A stretch of 64,000 nt of DNA, taken from Terriglobia bacterium (GTDB taxonomy: Bacteria > Acidobacteriota > Terriglobia > Bryobacterales > Bryobacteraceae). Under the pieces are notes generated by a model that saw only the letters and a program-made list of their open reading frames with translations, searched no databases and was not told the origin of the DNA. Position 1 is the first letter of the stretch, and each line of letters starts with the position of its first letter. The stretch spans positions 75,891 through 139,890 of the forward strand of contig CAVTRD010000005.1 in assembly GCA_963737005.1 (NCBI GenBank). The letters run 5' to 3'. This document shows, one piece after another, positions 59,801 through 64,000 of the stretch. The position numbers and the translations under genes were made by a program.

Positions 59801-60293
59801 TTAAAAGCTGGGTGAAATTACGGCCGTTGAGGGGCAAATCTTGAACCGCTTGCTGGTTGATGACGGTGCCGAGTTCGGAGGTCGATGCTTCAATGCTCAC
59901 CGCCGTTGCTTCGACCGTAACCGCCTGCTGCGTAGAGCCGATTGTCAGGGTGAAATCGAAGGTTGCCGTCTGGTTGACGTTCAGGGTAACCTGCTGCTGG
60001 GTGATCGTGTTGAAACCGGGCTTGGTGACCTTCATCGCGTAAGACGAAGGCAGGATGTCGATGAAGACGTAATCGCCGCTGGAATTGCTCACTGTGCTGC
60101 GCGCGACACCGGTCGACTGATTGATCAGCGCAACTTCGGCGCCTTCGACTACTGCGCCGCTAGAATCCTTAATCGTTCCGTTGATGGCTGCTGATGAGCC
60201 TTGTCCGAAGAGCGCAACCGGCATGAGAGCCAGCGCTAGCAGACAAACTGCGTGAAAGCTGGCGCGTAATTTCAAACCTAAAGAGAAGTGCAA
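56898..60293 (-). CDS. carboxypeptidase-regulatory-like domain + TonB-dependent-receptor-like outer-membrane barrel
   Basis: The TTG start at 60293 lies 6 nt after GGGAG and is followed by a signal peptide. The beta-sandwich reads INGTIKDSSGAVVEGAEVALINQSTGVARSTVSNSSGDYVF. The plug-like motif is VQDLPLNGRNFTQLLTLTPGA. The C-terminus is OMP-type (SLKLLF). Confidence 0.8.
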   Translation of the reverse strand: MHFSLGLKLRASFHAVCLLALALMPVALFGQGSSAAINGTIKDSSGAVVEGAEVALINQSTGVARSTVSNSSGDYVFIDILPSSYAMKVTKPGFNTITQQQVTLNVNQTATFDFTLTIGSTQQAVTVEATAVSIEASTSELGTVINQQAVQDLPLNGRNFTQLLTLTPGASPVSVGQNSGGGGGFAGNAIGSFSFPALNGQRNRSNMFLMDGIVDLGSFIGNYNISPIIDTVQEFKVQSHNDLAEFGQAPGGIVNVATRSGTNDYHGSVWEFLRNEKFDARNFFLAQRNPLRQNQFGVAGGGPVWIPKLYHGKNRTFFYGGYEGYRQSQATQDTGLAPTAAELGGDFSGISNKIYNPATGVQFPGNRIPGQDLNPISVAYAKALFPTGSAVSSGTNYADTTPTHLNQDSYQLRVDQTFSEHDSLFARISHYNEPQTGSNGYPGTLHFANDYGWNGTIHETHTFGPTAVLDAFFGRNVGDADTGGSYANAPSGFVNQLTQLGLSSNFVGGFQGATHPFIPAMGIAGYLNGNGGGESVQNTRYADTWSFGGSFTKILGKHTIKGGTTFNTNNTFSPIYSLSESFAATQTQNPLSSAGTGDAFASFLLGLPDGANRRNVLETEHGGWVNGAYIQDQFKITPRLTLNVGLRWDVTLWPIYGKPPAPDAYVGDLDLNNGTYILANVPGACTATQGYPCIPGGTLPAHVTVTTHSNHSIYSNDYNDWQPRVGLAYRLTDKTALRVGYGRFYDNWNSIIQLAQNYEGTWPDIGQLIAQNLNHPGGTKATIADPFNQGTNPIVYPAPTPFQSSGFVNWYVDPGKYKMPYADQWNVGIEQGLGQNTVLSLAYVGSHDLQLNQGGQGNTATVPGPGDAATVASRRPFPYITPTFYDKSVGQSKYNSFQFRLQQRSTKGLTYIISYTRSKSMDNGCSGSFGSEGCEIQTPYNVRLDRSVSGYDLPNIFSGSFVYDIPVGRGKTFSTQHAALDYIIGNWQVGGILSLHSGSPFDVTVSNGDLSNTGNVTERANLASSNVYAHTGDPTVYLNTAAFTVPAPYTYGNLGRNTLRTDSYKNMDISLTRRFPIKEVINLEFRADAFNISNSVVFGQPQSTLGNSNFGIVTSQGNTPRQIQFSLKLLF

Positions 60294-60350
60294 CGTAGTC
60301 TCCCGATTTTTCGCACGGCTTAAGATCGAGGCCGGCTTAGAATCTATCTC

Positions 60351-60364
60351 AGTAAAGCTTTACT
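60351..60364. promoter_or_regulatory. perfect 14-bp palindrome, candidate repressor operator upstream of the 56898..60293 barrel gene
   Basis: AGTAAAGCTTTACT is its own reverse complement. It sits in the AT-rich 173-nt gap, 58 nt upstream of the start codon and just downstream of the candidate promoter. Confidence 0.4.
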
Positions 60365-60384
60365 TAAGCGTTAAAGTAGAGTTA

Positions 60385-60413
60385 CGTTATCACAACCCGA
60401 ATGGAACGGTCAA
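60385..60413 (-). promoter_or_regulatory. candidate sigma-70-type promoter for the 56898..60293 gene
   Basis: On the minus strand, TTGACC (60413..60408) is followed by a 17-nt spacer and ATAACG (60390..60385). The -10 element is weak, so this is tentative. Confidence 0.25.
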
Positions 60414-60466
60414 CACTTTTCTACTAGCTTGTTATCGACGATAGGGTTGAACTGGGAGCCGTACTT

Positions 60467-63037
60467 CTAGCGTATGGAGCCTGCAACTGGACTGACGCGA
60501 CCGAGTATCTCGAGTGCCTTCGCCACATCGGGATCGTGCGGGTTGAGGGCTTTGGCTTGCAGTAAGTGCTGTTCGCCCTGCTTCAGATTGCCGGTTTTAC
60601 ATTCGATTAAGCCTAAGTCTTTGAAAAGATCGGCGCGGGACTGACATTCACCGCACTGTCGGACTGCTTCTTCGAGTTGGGAGATGGCCTGCTGATAGTC
60701 ACCCCGGTTAGCGGAAGCAAGCGCGAAATTGCCAAGAGTTGCCGATTGTCCGGTAAGCTGCTTTTCCTGCTGAGCACGTTTGAAGCGTTCCTCATACTTG
60801 ACGCCTTCGGCGGGGCTTGTTTTAGCCGACGCTCGCCAGAGGTTGTACAGAGCTTCCGTCTGATTCGGGTCGACCTCTACCGCCTTCTTCCAATATTCGA
60901 TGGCTTCGGGTGTGCGTCCTAATTTCCGCAGATCCTGACCGGCCAGGAAGTACGCATCAGCGTTCCGAGGCTCCAGTTGGAGGAATTTCCGGAAGGCAAT
61001 CACTGCGTCTTCATTGTTCCCAAGCTTGCTGTGAGCCAATCCCAGCAAGTAAAACGACGCAGCAAAATGCGGCCCACGTTGACAGGCGAGCATGAGCTCC
61101 GGCACTGCTTCTTGATACCGATCGAGATCGACCAGCAGTCTTCCCCGGTTGTAACGAGGACTGGCGCCTTCAGGCGCCAGCTTCTCAGCGGTGGTAAATT
61201 CGTCGAGCGCTCGGTTGATTTGATAGCGATCTGCGAGTGCGATCCCAAGGTTTAGGTGAGCCTCGGGAGAGTTCGGCTGTAAGTCGACGCCTTTTTCGAA
61301 GACTGAGATTGCTTCGTCCGTCTTCCCCAGTTTTGTCTCCACCATGCCGAGCGCGGTGAGGGCTGCCAGGCTGGACGGGAGCAAAGTAACCGCGGAGTGT
61401 AAGCGGCCTTCAGCGTCAGGTAGCTTGCCCTCGCTTGCAAAAATCAGTCCGAGATTAAGCGAGGCCTCACCGAGACGGGGATTATCATCAATGGCTTTAC
61501 TGAGTAGCGCTTCCGCCTCTTGGATCCGACCGGTTCTGCCGCAGAGAGTCCCTAGATTGCTCTCAGCCTCGGCAAACTGGGGATCGAGAGCCAGCGCCTT
61601 TCGAAAGCGAGCTTCGGCTGCAGAAGAATGCCCATCTGCGGCCTCCAGCAATCCAAGCTGGTTATAAGCCATGGCCAGTGCCGGATCGAAGTCAATTGCT
61701 TTCTCGAGCGCTTCGCGCTGCTCCGCCTTGCGCCCAAGTTCCCCCAGCGCGATGGACAGGTTGTACCAGGTTTTAGCGTTCTTTGGATCGAGCTTCAAGG
61801 CAGACCGATACCGTTCGACGGCTGACCGGGCGTCACCTTGAGACAGCAATTGATTGGCATCATTTCCTGCAGCAGCAGCTAAATTGTTTTCAACCGATTG
61901 CTGCTTCGATTGCCGGAATTCGTTCATCTCTTTGCTGGCTTCGTCGGGCAGATTAAGTGCCTGCAGTACGCGGGCAAGTTGAAACCGTGCCTCACCCGAT
62001 TCCGGACGGATGACAAGCGCACGCCGCAGATGGGGCAGAGCTTCCTTGGGCTGGCCTTCTTTGGCCAGCACAAACCCAAGATCGTACTCTGGTCCGTATT
62101 CGTCTTTACCTCCCGCCAGAGCGCGGCTCAGTTCACGCTCAGCCTCCGGGTATTGCGCTAAGCCTCGATAAATTGTTCCGAGAAGGTAATGCCCTTCCGC
62201 GTCTTCCGGCCGGTGCGCGACATATTGGGTGGCGAGAGGCAACGCACCCTGAAAGTCTGCAATGCTGGCGTAAGCTTTGGCAAGGGAAAGGCGGGCCACA
62301 TCATTGTCCGGCTCAAGTTTCAGCGCGGCGTTGTACTCTTCCGCGGCTTCCCGGAATCGTTTGTCGTTTGCATAGACGGTCGCCAGATTGAAATGAGCTT
62401 GAGCCAGGTTGGGGTTAGTTTTAATCAGCTGGGAGAGTATCTCGATTGCTCCCTGTGAGTTGCCGTCGTTTGAGTACGCTACCGCCAAGTCAATTTGCAG
62501 ATCCGTATCTGCCGGCGCCAACTTGCGGGCTTCTAGAAACTTCTCGATGGCTGCGTTGTACCGCCTTTCAGTTGAATAGAGTTCGCCTAAGCGCATGAGT
62601 GTGTCAGGCGAACGAGGAGACAATGCAAGCGCTTTCTTAAATTCAGCCTCGGCTTCGTCCAAGGTACCGGCTGCTTCGAGCGCCATGCCGAGCGCGGCGT
62701 GGGCTCTCTGCGAATCCGGTCTATATCGGACGGCTTGCCGGAACTGATCGGCAGCTTTCGCGGGCCGATTGTCGCTCATTAACGCCAAGCCAAAGTTAAA
62801 GTGCGTTTCCCAGGATGCTGGGTCGATCTTGAGCGCTTGTTCGAAAGCAGGCAGCGCACAATCCAGCCGCTTGCTCTGCGCGAAATAGGCGCCTAGGGCA
62901 TTGTAGGTCTCCGCACTCGCGGACTTGTGGATTGCAGTTTGGAGATCGGACGGAACCGAACACTGAGCTGAACTGAGGGCTGGAAAGAGGCAGATCGCAC
63001 TTATCGTCGCGAGTGTTTGCCAGCCATGGCCCATCAT
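60467..63037 (-). CDS. secreted tetratricopeptide repeat protein (about 20 TPR units)
   Basis: The signal peptide is MMGHGWQTLATISAICLFPALSSAQ. It is followed by 850 aa of consecutive TPR motifs (A...F..AL.L.P....A...LG). The start overlaps the upstream stop (ATGA). Confidence 0.85.
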   Translation of the reverse strand: MMGHGWQTLATISAICLFPALSSAQCSVPSDLQTAIHKSASAETYNALGAYFAQSKRLDCALPAFEQALKIDPASWETHFNFGLALMSDNRPAKAADQFRQAVRYRPDSQRAHAALGMALEAAGTLDEAEAEFKKALALSPRSPDTLMRLGELYSTERRYNAAIEKFLEARKLAPADTDLQIDLAVAYSNDGNSQGAIEILSQLIKTNPNLAQAHFNLATVYANDKRFREAAEEYNAALKLEPDNDVARLSLAKAYASIADFQGALPLATQYVAHRPEDAEGHYLLGTIYRGLAQYPEAERELSRALAGGKDEYGPEYDLGFVLAKEGQPKEALPHLRRALVIRPESGEARFQLARVLQALNLPDEASKEMNEFRQSKQQSVENNLAAAAGNDANQLLSQGDARSAVERYRSALKLDPKNAKTWYNLSIALGELGRKAEQREALEKAIDFDPALAMAYNQLGLLEAADGHSSAAEARFRKALALDPQFAEAESNLGTLCGRTGRIQEAEALLSKAIDDNPRLGEASLNLGLIFASEGKLPDAEGRLHSAVTLLPSSLAALTALGMVETKLGKTDEAISVFEKGVDLQPNSPEAHLNLGIALADRYQINRALDEFTTAEKLAPEGASPRYNRGRLLVDLDRYQEAVPELMLACQRGPHFAASFYLLGLAHSKLGNNEDAVIAFRKFLQLEPRNADAYFLAGQDLRKLGRTPEAIEYWKKAVEVDPNQTEALYNLWRASAKTSPAEGVKYEERFKRAQQEKQLTGQSATLGNFALASANRGDYQQAISQLEEAVRQCGECQSRADLFKDLGLIECKTGNLKQGEQHLLQAKALNPHDPDVAKALEILGRVSPVAGSIR

Positions 63038-64000
63038 TGTTTGACTTTGGCCAACAAGCTTCGCATCAGCGAATCTTCCGGAAAGATCTCGACGTAATGC
63101 TGCATGTGCTCGCGTGCTTCTACGTAGGCTTTTGTGTTGATGTACTCAAGGATCAGCGTTTTTTGCATAACAGCGTCGTACGGTGCCAGAGCAACGGCCC
63201 TGTTGAGATACTCTATCGCTTCCTCGGCACGTCCAAGCTTGGTTAACGCTTGTCCCATTTCAAAATCGACGGCCGCGTCATTAAGGCCAAGCGCATTTTT
63301 GAGATGCGCAACCGCTTCTTCCGGCTTGTCTTCGGCGAGTGCTTGATGGCCAAGTGCCGACTGAACTAACGGATTCTGCGGCTCGGTCGTACTCAGTTGA
63401 TTGAGCAGCTTTGAAAATCGATCTCGGTAGGCAGGATCCTGCGGAGCGAGCTGGCCATAAGCCCGAAGCAGCGTCACCGGAGAGAGCTGGATCGAGCGCC
63501 CGGCGGGGGCATTCACAACAACCAGCCCGTCCACCTGCTTCTCAACGATCGGCAGAATCGGCTCGTTCTCCTTCGCAGGAATTCTATGATTCGTCAGGGC
63601 TGAATGTGAAACCTGCTGAACGCTCCGCTTCGGCATATGGCAGCCGGTGCAATCGTCTGGAGGACTGTGTTGCACTCTGGCTTTGAATGGCAACGTGCAG
63701 CTCTGTTCGTCGTGGCAGGTAAGACATTTAGAGCGGAAGTACCCGGCAACCTCTGTTTGCCGCGGTTGCACGTGTGGATCGTGGCAGGTAAGGCAGCCTA
63801 ATTTTCCGTTGCTGCTGCGAAAGCAACGGCTTGCTTCCATAGCCGAGTAGTGCTCGAGCAGATCTGACTCCTGCTGCTCGCGTGTTTGGGCCGGCTTCTT
63901 CAAGATGACTGCAGTATTGAACAGCCAATCTCCCGGATGGAAATCGCTGAAGTTCTTGCCGGGCTGAAGTACTCGCGCATCACCGCTCTGGTGGCAGGCC
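63034..64000 (-). CDS. multiheme c-type cytochrome + TPR protein, 5' end outside window
   Basis: The reading frame stays open from 63903 to the window edge (ACHQSGDARVLQPGKNF...). CxxCH motifs are CLTCHDPH, CLTCHDEQ and CTGCHMP, plus a partial ..ACH at the edge. The C-terminal third is TPR. CTGCHMPKR...LTNHRI parallels CVGCHMPSV...LTDHWI in the 42405..44312 protein. Confidence 0.75.
   Translation of the reverse strand, partial: ACHQSGDARVLQPGKNFSDFHPGDWLFNTAVILKKPAQTREQQESDLLEHYSAMEASRCFRSSNGKLGCLTCHDPHVQPRQTEVAGYFRSKCLTCHDEQSCTLPFKARVQHSPPDDCTGCHMPKRSVQQVSHSALTNHRIPAKENEPILPIVEKQVDGLVVVNAPAGRSIQLSPVTLLRAYGQLAPQDPAYRDRFSKLLNQLSTTEPQNPLVQSALGHQALAEDKPEEAVAHLKNALGLNDAAVDFEMGQALTKLGRAEEAIEYLNRAVALAPYDAVMQKTLILEYINTKAYVEAREHMQHYVEIFPEDSLMRSLLAKVKQ

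Noticed and set aside
1-64000. A window-wide look for CRISPR arrays, insertion sequences, integrases, phage or defence-system genes, and rRNA/tRNA genes.
   Set aside because: None was found. Every ORF longer than about 120 aa that is not an antisense shadow is assigned to a metabolic, envelope, regulatory or housekeeping family. No spaced direct-repeat array is visible.

Overview
This 64-kb window is almost fully coding, with about 42 genes and intergenic gaps of 230 nt or less. I recognised no rRNA, tRNA, CRISPR array, transposase, integrase or phage gene. The gene content points to an Acidobacteriota (Terriglobia-like) chromosome. The pointers are three 1000-1140 aa carboxypeptidase-regulatory-domain plus beta-barrel outer-membrane proteins, an acidobacterial-type VWA protein, a sedolisin (S53) protease and many exported glycosidases.

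The left third is housekeeping: pyrF 3' end, nth, rpoD, dnaG, ligD and prmA. It also holds MscS, M28 and M20 peptidases and a BadF-type kinase. This third carries five single-nucleotide frame disruptions: three in the M20 peptidase, one in the BadF-like gene and one in dnaG.

The rest is envelope and glycan-foraging DNA:
- four GH29 alpha-L-fucosidases and one GH27 alpha-galactosidase;
- a LacI-controlled L-fucose/L-galactose island;
- a CusRS-like two-component system next to a beta-propeller/phosphoesterase fusion;
- a GC-rich TPR-sulfotransferase gene;
- a translationally coupled pair of spore-photoproduct-lyase-family radical SAM genes;
- two multiheme-cytochrome/TPR proteins, one of them with an embedded parvulin-like domain.

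The most interesting leads are these:
1. The sugar island has an enzyme set that reads as L-galactose dehydrogenase -> lactonase -> L-galactonate-5-dehydrogenase-like -> UxaE-like epimerase -> SDR, with no fuconate dehydratase.
2. A perfect 14-bp palindrome sits upstream of the neighbouring outer-membrane barrel gene and resembles a site in the LacI divergent promoter.
3. The tandem SPL-like radical SAM pair occurs in what is presumably a non-sporulating organism.
4. A protein fuses seven hemes, a parvulin-like domain and TPR repeats.
5. A CusR-type box plus 11-bp direct repeats lies in front of the phosphoesterase gene.

All calls come from reading the translated ORFs and the DNA by eye. No database search was run, so family names are recollection-based and start codons are approximate.
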